Below are positions 30,645-41,087 of a stretch of 64,000 nt of DNA, piece by piece (the first letter of the stretch is position 1; each line of letters begins with the position of its first letter). Location of the stretch: positions 192,001 to 256,000 of the forward strand of contig OZ219753.1 of assembly GCA_964291315.2 (NCBI GenBank), in the 5' to 3' direction. The DNA comes from Candidatus Poribacteria bacterium (GTDB lineage Bacteria; Poribacteria; WGA-4E; WGA-3G). A model generated the notes under the pieces. The model was not told where the DNA came from and ran no database searches. It saw only the letters and a program-made list of their open reading frames with translations. The position numbers and the translations under genes are program-made.

Positions 30645-31963
30645 ATGAAACAGACATGCAGATTCGCGATGTTTTATTTTCTGCGTACGGAAATGCATCT
30701 GATGACCGACTTGCTGTCGGCTTTCGGGATGAGTAGGATGTCAACCTTGGCGTCTGATATGTCAATGAACAGACAATTCCGCACCAACAGATTCAGGCTG
30801 TTTGTGAAGGAGTCCTCTCCCCCGGAAAAAACACCGGGCTGCTCTTAATTACGGAGGGGCATAGGGCTCACTAAACCTGATTGCGTCACTCAAACGATTT
30901 TACATTAATAACCAAATTCGGGGGATAACTGCAGAGACTTTCCATAGTCGAGACATCATTATTGGCTCGAACGGCGCGACGAGCGTCTTGGAAAGCATCA
31001 CACACTTCCTTTCCTGTCGGGCTCGTGCTCACTGCGGACCCGATGTATTATATCTATTTAACGACTTGGATTGGCAAGGTTTCGACGTTATAGCGATACT
31101 CGAAGATGTAGAAGGAATCGATAGAGCACGTTTAAAAGACAAACTAACAGCATTCGGTAATCAGAAACAGACCACCTAATTTTTCTATGTTGTGACGGTC
31201 AACAATCCGACCTGCGCTATTCTATCCAATGAGCGTAAGAGAGATTTGGTCAGTATTGCTACGTAACTTTTATACGGAGTCAGTGGGAAGATCCTTGTTT
31301 TTTTCGATAATACCTATAGCGATCTCCTACATGGCAGCAACGTCCAACATCTAGAATCTGCTTTCTGCTATGATGAACTCGGTATCATCTATGAGATCGG
31401 CACGTTGTCAAAAATTCTCGCTCCCGGATTACGTATCGGCTATCTTATTGGTCCCAAGGGAGCCTTCCTAAACAGCATCATCCAGCGCACAAGCGACATC
31501 GGTTTTAGTGCCCCGCTAATCAATCAGGAAATTGTGAGTTATCTACTCGACCAAGGAATTGAAGAGCGAATCGCGAGGGTTAATAAGGCATACCGTCGGA
31601 AGGCAAAAGCCGTTAAAAGTGGATAACCGAATTATTGCTGGTAACGTTCAGGAATGCCGAGGTGGAAGAGTAGGCTTCTATTACTATCTGACCCTGAAGC
31701 AGACAGCAACCGATTCGCCCTCCAATTTCTTCAGGTTTTTAACCCGAACGACTGGAAAAGAGAGTATTGATGGACCATTAGATGCTCAGCTCTCTAAGGT
31801 AATTTATATACCTGACGAATACTGCGTCCATCCAAGTGGTGAGATGGTTGAGATTGGAAAACGGCAGTTCCGCATATCTTACGGATTTGAGGAACTGCCT
31901 CAGATTCACGCTACTTTGAAACTCATGAAGTCTGCGATAGTCTATAGTAGTAAAAACCCGTAG
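30645..31963 (+). pseudogene. degraded class I/II PLP-dependent aminotransferase
   Basis: Fragments over several frames with internal stops: NLGV*YVNEQTIP, NYGGA*GS, GSNGATS, VNNPT, GTLSKILAPGLRIGY, RISYGF. Confidence 0.85.
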
Positions 31964-31991
31964 CCCTAGCGAGGTACAGAGACTAGGCTAC
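31960..31991. repeat. GTAG...CTAC inverted repeat between convergent genes
   Basis: GTAGCCCTAG / CTAGGCTAC. Confidence 0.5.
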
Positions 31992-32009
31992 ATAGTAAAG
32001 GCCTTTGAA

Positions 32010-32816
32010 CTACCACTGCACTTGGCAGAATTCTTCGTAGTTGATCAGTTCGTGGATTGTGGGATTTTCACCGCACATCGGGCAACTGTCATCCTGACGG
32101 AGTTTCAGTCGTTTAAAATCCATCGTGAGTGCGTTGAAAAGCAGAAGGTTTCCGATTAACGGTTTGCCGATGTCTAGTAGCATTTTGATCGCTTCAACGG
32201 CTTGAATCGTTCCAATAATACCGGGTAACACTCCAAGGACACCCGCTTCTTGGCAGCTGGGAACCATTCCGGGGGGCGGTGGTTCCGGATAGAGGCATCG
32301 GTAACAGGGGCCTTTGCCCGGGTAGAGGACGGTAACTTGTCCCTCAAACTGGAAGATGCTTCCATGGACAATTGGTTTACCTAACATAACGGATGCGTCA
32401 TTGAGAAGATAGCGTGTTGGTAAATTATCGCACCCGTCCACAATCAAGTCGTACTGCTCCAGAATTCGGAAAGCATTTTCCGAGGTGATGCGTTCATTGT
32501 AAGGGATCACTTTGACATCCGGATTCATCTCTGTGATAGTAGCTGCTGCCGACTCAGTTTTGGGAGCACCTATGTCGTTGGTGCCGTGCAAAATTTGACG
32601 TTGTAAGTTGCTAAGGTCAACCTTATCATCATCAATGATGCCGAGTGTACCGACCCCTGCAGCAGCGAGATAAACCCCGACAGGAGAACCGAGTCCGCCC
32701 GCACCGATGAGCAGCACCTTCGATTCGAGGAGGCGCGTCTGGCCCATCCCGCCGACTTCTTTGAGGATAATATGCCGGCTGTAGCGTTCAATCTGTTCGT
32801 TGCTGAAATTAAACAT
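32010..32816 (-). CDS. moeB: MoeB/ThiF family sulfur-carrier adenylyltransferase
   Basis: RYSRHI, GAGGLG, SNLQRQ, DGCDN, PCYRC, SCQEAGVLG, CPMCG; no rhodanese domain. Confidence 0.9.
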   Translation of the reverse strand: MFNFSNEQIERYSRHIILKEVGGMGQTRLLESKVLLIGAGGLGSPVGVYLAAAGVGTLGIIDDDKVDLSNLQRQILHGTNDIGAPKTESAAATITEMNPDVKVIPYNERITSENAFRILEQYDLIVDGCDNLPTRYLLNDASVMLGKPIVHGSIFQFEGQVTVLYPGKGPCYRCLYPEPPPPGMVPSCQEAGVLGVLPGIIGTIQAVEAIKMLLDIGKPLIGNLLLFNALTMDFKRLKLRQDDSCPMCGENPTIHELINYEEFCQVQW

Positions 32817-32822
32817 CTAATC

Positions 32823-33401
32823 TTACCCTCCGAGATTAGCGAGGAGCTCTGAAATCGGTTTATTTGAATTCGCGGAAATCCGTAAAGCAAAACGTTCACG
32901 CGGATCTTTGGACGTACGATCCACCGTGAAGTCGTCTCTGCCATACATCTGTTCGAGAATAGGTGTGAGTTCTGCTTGAATAGCAGCTGCCGTTTCGGGA
33001 GTATTCGGGGCGATGTGGCGATTGTTTATCATAAGTAAGAGATCTGCCCCGTTGAAATGCACTGCGCCTTCCAATTCTGCTGCTGCTTCAAGCAGATTAC
33101 ATTTGGAGAGCACTTCCGCGAGTGCTTGACGAAGTTTTTCAGCGTTATTTCCTTCGACTGTGTGTTTCCGGTTGTAAAGGAATCCAGGTTGATGATAAGC
33201 ACTGTCAATGCTGTAGTTGGCCTGTTTCAAAATCAACAAGACACCCGGCCCCGCATCAACATGTGAATAGTCAGCGTAGTTCAGATAATCGTCCGAATCA
33301 GCTTCCTCCATCCATCGGTTAAATACCTTGATGAAGTTCGTGTAATTGATTTCGCTATCTTCGGTTGTAAAAACTTTGACGTTAATTTGTTGTAGATCCA
33401 T
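32823..33401 (-). CDS. hypothetical protein co-transcribed with moeB
   Basis: 192-aa ORF ending 6 nt before moeB; ADYSHV..GPGVLL motif. Confidence 0.75.
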   Translation of the reverse strand: MDLQQINVKVFTTEDSEINYTNFIKVFNRWMEEADSDDYLNYADYSHVDAGPGVLLILKQANYSIDSAYHQPGFLYNRKHTVEGNNAEKLRQALAEVLSKCNLLEAAAELEGAVHFNGADLLLMINNRHIAPNTPETAAAIQAELTPILEQMYGRDDFTVDRTSKDPRERFALRISANSNKPISELLANLGG

Positions 33402-33549
33402 TCTGTTAAAAAACTTCCTATAAATCTAATCCCCAACGGGGCTTTCTTGTAGAAGCAGGCTTCGCCTGCAAATTTTGGTTCTACTGCTTTAGAATTACTA
33501 GCACACTTCCTGCCTGTACATACGCCTGCTGTATTCGCTATCTGTCTTT

Positions 33550-33578
33550 ATTATACTGCAAGTTGATGTGAAAGTCAA
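33550..33578 (-). promoter_or_regulatory. sigma70 promoter for the hypothetical-moeB pair
   Basis: TTGACT-17 nt-TATAAT. Confidence 0.65.
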
Positions 33579-33806
33579 TTCACATTTTCCCTGACCAGCT
33601 GATAAGAGTTGATCACAATCGGGTTCGGCTATTTACAGAACCGCATAAATACTATAACGTGGGTTTGATAATATTTGGCTTATTTTTCAATAAAGAGAAA
33701 CCTTTTGATATGAGGAAGTAAAACTGTTAATGTGGTTGCATTGATTCCGAAAAAAAATACGAAACGGTGATTGTTAAACGCCCCCAAGGTTTTGTATAAG
33801 TAAGAC

Positions 33807-34043
33807 TTATTTCTTACCTTGGATAGCTCTTGAAAGTCCCTGAATTCTATTGAGCGTGAAAATCCACAAAATTTTTTGCCTAAAAATCATCATAAAACTG
33901 AGTAAGAGAAGTCCTATGACGATTGTGCCAGGGGCTCCATCGTATTCTTGTCCACTATGGGGCCGAATCAGTAACATTGTAACTAGCAACGCCACTATTA
34001 ATGGTATAATAAATTGCTTTGCAAAAATCTGTTCCCTATCCAT
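33807..34043 (-). CDS. small two-TM hypothetical membrane protein
   Basis: Two hydrophobic helices; AT-rich; weak start signals. Confidence 0.4.
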   Translation of the reverse strand: MDREQIFAKQFIIPLIVALLVTMLLIRPHSGQEYDGAPGTIVIGLLLLSFMMIFRQKILWIFTLNRIQGLSRAIQGKK

Positions 34044-34156
34044 GATGCGGTATTTCCCATCGTAAAAAGGCGATTGATCGCCTATACCTAGTTTTGGCAT
34101 AAGCGACAATCGCCGGCAACGTAACGTTCAATAAGATGACCCCCAGATATCAAAGC

Positions 34157-36601
34157 TTATTCACACTTCCTGATGGTAAGCCTGTAGTGTTGGCCAACTT
34201 TTTTAGTGTCAACAATTTCATGTCCATCGCTGGTAAGACTTTTCGGCACGTTTTCAATAGGTTCACCGTCGTCAATGGTAATTTCAAGGAGCTGGCCGAG
34301 GTCCATCGTTTCCAATCGGATTTTTGCTTGAACATAGTTGAACGGGCAAGCGACTCCTTTGAGATCGAGGCTATCCACGATTTCTTCGACAGGTTTCGTC
34401 TCTTTGACAATCCTTGGTTTCCGTGACGATCGCGATCGCCGTGTTTTGCGCCGGCTGGCTTCTTCTTCCTCTTGCTTGATACGCATGCGTCCATAGACGT
34501 TATGCGATTCTTCTACAAAGAGTGTTGCTTCTTCAACGCGGCGGTGCGCCAATTCGTTGTCAAACGTAGAGGCATTTTCCTCTGTTGCCTTGAAGAAATG
34601 TGCCCCATAACCCGGGAAGAAGTTACCCGGATCGAAAAAATGAGTGCGGAAGGCTTCGACGGTAGTAGCATCGTCAATATACTGTAAGCCCATTGTCGTC
34701 AGAAGCCCGTCTGCGGCTCTGATCATCGCATCAAAAGCCAGCTCCGCGGAGGCTTGATATTCCCCTCTTTCCAAGTTCAATCCAGACTCATAAATGAGCC
34801 GATCTGCTTCTTCCAGCTTGAAGGAGACGAGTGCCACTAACTGTCCTGCGCATTCTCCAACCCCTGTTTTGAGTTGGAATTCTTTCGTATCCCCGGTATC
34901 TACGTAGTATTCTGGTGCTTCCTCGTAAGAAGGAATCTTGTCGTATTTAGACAAAATCTGCTTTATTTCTGCTTTGCCGAGGCGGGCGATGTAGTCGGTC
35001 AAAGCTTCTTCAACGTGCCGTTCAGCAGTATATTTTCCAGTCAACTCTTCGATAAACGCCGGAATGTATTTCCCGTGGATTTTTCCATTGGCGAGCCCGT
35101 AGGAACTAGCGTTCTCAATCATGTGTCCACCGAGCAGTACCTGATAGTAGGGCGCGATATGTTCACCCATTCGACGCGATGAACCAAAGAAACCAATGTT
35201 CGCTATATGATGCTGTCCACAGGAATTAGGACACCCGCTGATTTTAATCCGGAACCCCTTGATTTCATCCTGTACTCCAGTTTCAAGGAAATGGCCCCGC
35301 AGATGTGCTGCCAACCCTCGCGAGGAAGACACACCGAGTTTGCAAGAATCTGTACCCGGGCAGGCAGTAATATCAACCATGGATTCTGCTCCCGCGTCCC
35401 CTAAACCGATTTCCTTTAGTTCCCGATAGAGTGCGGGCAGGTCCATCATCGTTACCCAGCGTAGAACGATATTCTGTTCGACGGTAGCGCGGATAGTGTC
35501 TTTCACGTATTTTCGAGATATGTCTGCTAAAGCGCGCGTCTGATCCGCGGTAATATCACCTAGCGGCAGTGCTACCGTTACAAAGGCGTAGCCGGGCTGC
35601 TTCTGCAACCGCACATTGGATTGATACCACTCTTCAAACCCATCAGGTTTTGTGGCCCCGTTAAGCTGTGTCGGTGCTTTGAGCGGGCTCTCTTTGTAAG
35701 CATCCAGATTATCCAGATATTCTGTCCATACAGGATCGTGCCGCAGTGTTGCCCGGTCTTCAAGTACCTGTCTGCGGAATTCCTCAATACCGTATTTAGC
35801 AATGACGAACTTCAAACGTGCTTTGTTCCTATTTTTACGTTCGCCTAAACGCGTGAAGACTCTGGCGATCGACTGTGAAATGGGAAGAAGTTCTTCTGCC
35901 GGAATGAACTCGTCAAACACCTTCGCCTGATGGGGGACAGCCCCGAGACCACCACCGACGTAAAGCTTGAAGCCGCGTTTGACTTTACCGTCGACCTCTT
36001 TGACTGCGGCAACTGCACCGATATCGTGCATATTTGCCAACCCACACGCATGCTCCTCACATCCGGAGAACGCAATTTTGAACTTACGTCCGAAATCTTG
36101 GGCATCCGGGTGTCCTAAAAGGAACGAAGACAGAGCCTTAGAGTACGGCGTTACATCAAACGTTTCATCTTCACACACGCCGCTGATAGGGCACGCTGTG
36201 ACATTTCGCACAACATTACCGCATGCTTCCTTTGTTGTAATGCCGACACTGGCGAGGCGGCGCATCAGCTCCGGGGTGTTATTAATATCTACATAGTGGT
36301 ATTGCACATCTTGACGGGTGGTAATATGGATGATATTATCGGAAAATTCTTCGGCAACATCCGCTAACATTTCGAGTTGGGTTGCTGTGAGTCCACCGAA
36401 AGGGATTCTGACACGGATCATTTGAGATCGGTCATCGCGTTGGCCGTAAACCCCGTGACGAAGTCTAAATTCGGTAAAGAGAGTTTCTTCCACTTGGCCG
36501 GCTTGTACGCGACCGAGTTGAATTTCGTAAATTTCAATGGCGCGGGCAACATCAAGCGGAATTGCCGATGCATCGTAGGGTCCCACGTATTCAATAGCCA
36601 T
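34157..36601 (-). CDS. ferredoxin-type sulfite/nitrite reductase fused to a helical (HEPN-like) domain and a C-terminal TusA/SirA domain
   Basis: HITTRQDVQ, RKFKIAFSGC, ACPGTDSCKLG, SGCPNSCGQH; terminal LDLKGVACPFNYV...DDGEPIENVP. Confidence 0.92.
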   Translation of the reverse strand: MAIEYVGPYDASAIPLDVARAIEIYEIQLGRVQAGQVEETLFTEFRLRHGVYGQRDDRSQMIRVRIPFGGLTATQLEMLADVAEEFSDNIIHITTRQDVQYHYVDINNTPELMRRLASVGITTKEACGNVVRNVTACPISGVCEDETFDVTPYSKALSSFLLGHPDAQDFGRKFKIAFSGCEEHACGLANMHDIGAVAAVKEVDGKVKRGFKLYVGGGLGAVPHQAKVFDEFIPAEELLPISQSIARVFTRLGERKNRNKARLKFVIAKYGIEEFRRQVLEDRATLRHDPVWTEYLDNLDAYKESPLKAPTQLNGATKPDGFEEWYQSNVRLQKQPGYAFVTVALPLGDITADQTRALADISRKYVKDTIRATVEQNIVLRWVTMMDLPALYRELKEIGLGDAGAESMVDITACPGTDSCKLGVSSSRGLAAHLRGHFLETGVQDEIKGFRIKISGCPNSCGQHHIANIGFFGSSRRMGEHIAPYYQVLLGGHMIENASSYGLANGKIHGKYIPAFIEELTGKYTAERHVEEALTDYIARLGKAEIKQILSKYDKIPSYEEAPEYYVDTGDTKEFQLKTGVGECAGQLVALVSFKLEEADRLIYESGLNLERGEYQASAELAFDAMIRAADGLLTTMGLQYIDDATTVEAFRTHFFDPGNFFPGYGAHFFKATEENASTFDNELAHRRVEEATLFVEESHNVYGRMRIKQEEEEASRRKTRRSRSSRKPRIVKETKPVEEIVDSLDLKGVACPFNYVQAKIRLETMDLGQLLEITIDDGEPIENVPKSLTSDGHEIVDTKKVGQHYRLTIRKCE

Positions 36602-36776
36602 TCTGTACTCCTTATTAATAACTTCAGATTCGTAGTGTGCGTCAATTAATGTCCTGTTGCTTTCTATTTAGATGAAAATTGCGAACCCATGTTGCGCACA
36701 ATATCTCCGAGCCGAAACCTTTTAAATAAAATAGTATACCATAGTGAGAACTAAAAAGCAAGCTCGATCTTCTGTT

Positions 36777-37871
36777 TTAATTTTTTGGGGCATTGCCCCA
36801 ATCTGGAACTGGCAATAATTCTCCATCCCTTAGAGCGGATTGGTGTGCGATAAGTCCGGGGGCACAGTACCGAACCGCTTCCCAGACATTCACGCGCGGC
36901 AAGCGTTGACGATTGACAGCATCCACAAACTCGTGTACAAGATAGGCATGGGAACCTCCGTGCCCACCCAGATCCTCCATGAGTGGTTTAGGAAGGTATT
37001 CGTGCAATCTTGAGGGCTGAACACTCTCTCGTCCACGTTTATCTGCCCAGACGCTTCCCGCGAGACTCTGTTCGTAACTCCCTTCTGTTCCATAAATACC
37101 GCTGACGCGTTCGGACCCGGGATGTCCAACTCGCCGGAATTCACAAATTTGCATTGTTGCTCCATTGCTCATCTTGAAAAGTCCGACTTCATTAGAGAAG
37201 GGATTTTTGTGAATAGTGTCTTCTCGGAACCAATCGTCGTTTGGATAGATATACCCTTGCGCTGATACCGATGTTGTGTGTGCTTTCATAACGGAAATCG
37301 GGAAACAGGTTGAATGTGTAGGATAGTGCATCGGAACGCTTCCAGTCTTGTCTCGACTCCATTGGAGGCCCCAACGATTTTTCGCCACGTCGTAGAGCCC
37401 ATGGCTCATATCATGAAAGTATTCAGCGCGGCAGTGAACGAACTCTCCAAACGCCCCTTCTGCCGCCTTCTGTCGACAGAAGACCGCCTCCGGACGGAAA
37501 TAACTTGTCTCTCCATTCATATAGATCATCCCTGTTCGTTCGACCGTTCTGACAAGTGCTTCGCATTCATCTAAGGATGCCGCGGCAGGAACAGCAGTAT
37601 AGGTGTGCTTTCCCGACTCCATCGCTTGAATTGCTTGTGGCGCGTGCATCCAATGCTGGGTGATAATTACGAGTGCGTCTAAGTCCGATTTGCAGATATC
37701 GTCAAGACTGGAATACGTTTCAGCAATCTCAAACTGCTTGGCTCGCTTCGACAATCTATCTGACCGCAAATCACATAGAGCTAGTCGGTTCACATCAGGG
37801 TGCGACTTATATAATTGGATAAACGACGGTCCAAACATCCCTAAACCTACTATCCCGATGCTAATACTCAT
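36777..37871 (-). CDS. Gfo/Idh/MocA family oxidoreductase
   Basis: IGIVGLGMFG, H..QAIQAMESGKH, YPTHS, GHGGSH. Confidence 0.88.
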   Translation of the reverse strand: MSISIGIVGLGMFGPSFIQLYKSHPDVNRLALCDLRSDRLSKRAKQFEIAETYSSLDDICKSDLDALVIITQHWMHAPQAIQAMESGKHTYTAVPAAASLDECEALVRTVERTGMIYMNGETSYFRPEAVFCRQKAAEGAFGEFVHCRAEYFHDMSHGLYDVAKNRWGLQWSRDKTGSVPMHYPTHSTCFPISVMKAHTTSVSAQGYIYPNDDWFREDTIHKNPFSNEVGLFKMSNGATMQICEFRRVGHPGSERVSGIYGTEGSYEQSLAGSVWADKRGRESVQPSRLHEYLPKPLMEDLGGHGGSHAYLVHEFVDAVNRQRLPRVNVWEAVRYCAPGLIAHQSALRDGELLPVPDWGNAPKN

Positions 37872-37905
37872 CTATCCTTCCTCCTCTAAGTACTGTTTCT
37901 ATCAG

Positions 37906-37983
37906 AAAATAGCATGTATCAAGAATACTGTCAAATACTTTTTCAAAGATATCTATTGACAAAACTGCCGATGTGCTTATAAT
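37906..37983. promoter_or_regulatory. divergent sigma70 promoters
   Basis: Plus: TTGACA 37956-16 nt-TATAAT 37978; minus: TTGACA 37934-37929, 17 nt, TATTTT with extended TG. Confidence 0.6.
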
Positions 37984-38088
37984 TGAGACATAAAATCTGC
38001 TGCTGCACACTTTTTGCAATCGGACATCCAGATTGTGAATTCTCGGTTAAAGCAAGATTAAACTGTACCTATTGAAAGGAATAACAAA

Positions 38089-39168
38089 ATGGCACTAAAA
38101 GTTGGCGTTGTCGGTATGAGCGGCATAGGGAATAACCATGCGAATTGCCACGCGAATGACAATTTAGCGGAGCTGGTCGCGGTGTGTGATATTGTGAAAA
38201 CGCGCGCGGACAGCGCTGCAGAACGTCTCGGCGTAAAGGCATACTATAGTATAGCAGACATGATTGATGGTGAACCGGATTTAGATATCGTTGATGTTGG
38301 CACCGGTGGTAACGAGAACGGGAGTTGGCACTACGAGCCTACCATGGAGGCCTTGGAAAATGGGAAGCATGTACTCGTCGAGAAACCGATTTCTAACGAC
38401 ATCGGACAAGCACGGGAAATGGTAGCAAAAGCCGCGGAGGAAGACCTCTACTTGGGTTGCAACCTGAATCATTATTTTACCCCACCTGCAGAGCAGGCGA
38501 AAAAATATATCGATGGTGGACACATCGGCGAGATGGTATATTGTCTTCATAAAATGGGATTTGCGGGGGGTGAATTCAACTATAGTTACTCAAAAGCACC
38601 GCGTTCTGACGGGTTTCCCTATTTTCATGTGAAAGCCTTCTTATCACATCCATTCAGTGTGATGCGCCATTTCTGCGGCGATGTGACGCATGTGCAGTCT
38701 TTTATGGAACGTCCGCATTTTAGACGCTGTGCGGGAGATCTGATGGTTTCTATTAACAGCATTCATCTCCGATTCGAGAACGGATGTGTAGGCTACCTTC
38801 TGAGCCAACGCGGCGACGCTACTTTTGGTCTCGGAGGTTGGTGGAGCGTTGAACTCGCCGGCACGCGCGGCACATTCTGCATCGAGAACTGCATCGAGAA
38901 GGTAACGTATTGGCCTTCCCCTGGTGCTCCCGACTTTTCAGGTGAACCTATTGTTACCGAATCTGGCATCAGCGATTTCGGCCAGACATTTCCGTTGCGA
39001 ATTCATGCGTTCTTGGAGGACATTACAAGCGGTGTACCGAAAGAGAAACTGCGCGCTTCTGGCAGAGATGCGCTCGCAGCACTTGAATATACGTGGGCAG
39101 CGATGGAGTCCTATGAGCAGGGCGGTATTTTAGTGCGTCCGCATCCGCTTCCACCCCTAAAAGGTTAA
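38089..39168 (+). CDS. Gfo/Idh/MocA family oxidoreductase
   Basis: VGVVGMSGIG, GKHVLVEKP. Confidence 0.88.
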   Translation: MALKVGVVGMSGIGNNHANCHANDNLAELVAVCDIVKTRADSAAERLGVKAYYSIADMIDGEPDLDIVDVGTGGNENGSWHYEPTMEALENGKHVLVEKPISNDIGQAREMVAKAAEEDLYLGCNLNHYFTPPAEQAKKYIDGGHIGEMVYCLHKMGFAGGEFNYSYSKAPRSDGFPYFHVKAFLSHPFSVMRHFCGDVTHVQSFMERPHFRRCAGDLMVSINSIHLRFENGCVGYLLSQRGDATFGLGGWWSVELAGTRGTFCIENCIEKVTYWPSPGAPDFSGEPIVTESGISDFGQTFPLRIHAFLEDITSGVPKEKLRASGRDALAALEYTWAAMESYEQGGILVRPHPLPPLKG

Positions 39169-39215
39169 TCTATTAAATAGAACAAGGAACATCTACCTCT
39201 AAGGAGAAATCACAT

Positions 39216-40013
39216 TTGAAATTAGGAGCAAATTCAGTACTCTTCGGCGGTTATAACATGGAAACCGCCTTCAAACACATCGCTATGGCGGGTTACGATG
39301 GCATTGAACTCTCAGCGATTGATGGAATGAGTCAGCACCTTGTCCTTGCAAACTGGCCGGAACTCGCCGACGAAATCAAACGTCTCGCGAAATATTATGA
39401 ACTCGATTTGCTAGCGATGGAGCAGCCTTCACGCGATCCAGAACGAATGGAACTCGCGTTCCAAGCAGCAGCCGAGATAGGCATTCCGATCATTAACTGC
39501 GGTCCGGGGGGAGTGTCCGATGATGAATCTGCCTGGCCCGAGGTCGTTGATTCGTTGGGGAGCCTCTCAGCACGTGCAGAGCATTATGGGGTGATACTTT
39601 GCGTCAAAGCACATGTCGGTGCTAGCATCTATAATACACCAACGACTCTTCGTATAATGGAGGCGATTTCATCTCCAGCCTTTGGTATCGACATGGATCC
39701 GTCGCATATCTATCGGGCAAATGAAAATCCTGTTGAGGCGATCGCCGCCGTGATCCCGCGCGTCAAACATGTGCATATTCGAGATTGCCAAGGAACACAG
39801 CGCGGGCCTGGGGCCCCTGAATTACAAGCGAACGGACGGGGAAACATTGACTTAGTAGGGTATATCCGAGTTCTGCATGAGAATGGCTATACGGGGCCGT
39901 TGAACCTGGAGGTGATCGGCGCAAAGGAATACACCTTGGAACAGTGTTGCACGATTGCTGCGGAGTCGCGCGGGCACATGCAGGCATGTTTGCAGGCATG
40001 TGGTGCCCGTTAG
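39216..40013 (+). CDS. sugar phosphate isomerase/epimerase (AP endonuclease 2 TIM barrel)
   Basis: GYDGIEL, DMDPSH, HVHIRD, GYTGPLNLE; TTG after AAGGAG. Confidence 0.88.
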   Translation: MKLGANSVLFGGYNMETAFKHIAMAGYDGIELSAIDGMSQHLVLANWPELADEIKRLAKYYELDLLAMEQPSRDPERMELAFQAAAEIGIPIINCGPGGVSDDESAWPEVVDSLGSLSARAEHYGVILCVKAHVGASIYNTPTTLRIMEAISSPAFGIDMDPSHIYRANENPVEAIAAVIPRVKHVHIRDCQGTQRGPGAPELQANGRGNIDLVGYIRVLHENGYTGPLNLEVIGAKEYTLEQCCTIAAESRGHMQACLQACGAR

Positions 40014-40064
40014 TCAAGATATAGAACGTACTCTAGTCTATAGTGTTGAGAGGAAAGGGTTATT

Positions 40065-40901
40065 ATGAGATTAGAAGGGAAAGTTGCGATTATCGCAGGT
40101 GCTGCATGGGGTGGTATCGGCGCGGCGACCGCTTACAGATTTGCCTGTGAAGGGGCAAAATTGGTTGTCAACACGCGCCGACGCGAAGAAAAACTTGCTG
40201 AAACTGTGCAGCGTATCCGAGAGGCCGGCGGACAAGCTGCAGCTGTTATGGGCGATGTCGCAGACGAAACAACTTGGCAAAAACTCGTCGAAACAGCTCT
40301 ATCAAGCTACGGTAAAATCACAACACTCGTTCATAACGCAGCACATTCCTACACAAAAAAAGCGATTGAGTTCACCCGCGAGGAATGGAACGAAAGTCTG
40401 GGCGTTACCCTCGGTGGGCCTTGGCTCGGTGCAAAGTATTGTATCCCAGAAATGATCCGGCATGGCGGTGGTGCTCTGGTGTTCGTTTCTACAGTCAACG
40501 CAACGATTACAAATCCGGGATTCGGACTTTACGGAGCCGGAAAAGGTGGTTTAAACGCCTTGACGCGGAGCATCGCACTTGATTACGGGAGAGAAGGCAT
40601 CCGCGCCAATGCGATTGCTCCTGGGCAGATTGTTGGAGAACGAGGTAGAGCCTCTCTTGCAAAGGATGAATTGGAGGAACGAGCCTCCCGCGATTGCTAT
40701 CCTATCGGACGCTATGGAAAACCTGAAGATATTGCTAATGCTGCACTTTTCCTTGCCTCCGATGAAGCTGACTTTGTTACCGGTATCGTATTGACTGCAG
40801 ACGGGGGCTTAACGCTTCAATCAGCAGAGGCACTCGTACGTCCCTCTTTCCGGCTCCGCTGGAGAGAGGACATTCTTGTTCCTCAATCTAAAACGTCATA
40901 G
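40065..40901 (+). CDS. SDR family oxidoreductase
   Basis: GAAWGGIG, HNAA, YGAGK, NAIAPG, ADGG. Confidence 0.9.
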   Translation: MRLEGKVAIIAGAAWGGIGAATAYRFACEGAKLVVNTRRREEKLAETVQRIREAGGQAAAVMGDVADETTWQKLVETALSSYGKITTLVHNAAHSYTKKAIEFTREEWNESLGVTLGGPWLGAKYCIPEMIRHGGGALVFVSTVNATITNPGFGLYGAGKGGLNALTRSIALDYGREGIRANAIAPGQIVGERGRASLAKDELEERASRDCYPIGRYGKPEDIANAALFLASDEADFVTGIVLTADGGLTLQSAEALVRPSFRLRWREDILVPQSKTS

Positions 40902-41087
40902 ATAAAATTACTGGATTTTAGGCATCTTACCCGTTTCCATTTGACAAGTTTGGATTTTTCTGATACATTTATAATATGTAGGTTATGATTGATAAAACCG
41001 GTAGGCGCGCTTTGGGAACGCATCTTTCTATAAGCCCTACCTGCTAAACGGAAAAAAATCATATGCTTTGATTTTGAGGGGTAAAAA

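Noticed and set aside
40930-41087. SOS/LexA box upstream of the SRAP gene
   Set aside because: No convincing palindrome or known LexA consensus seen.
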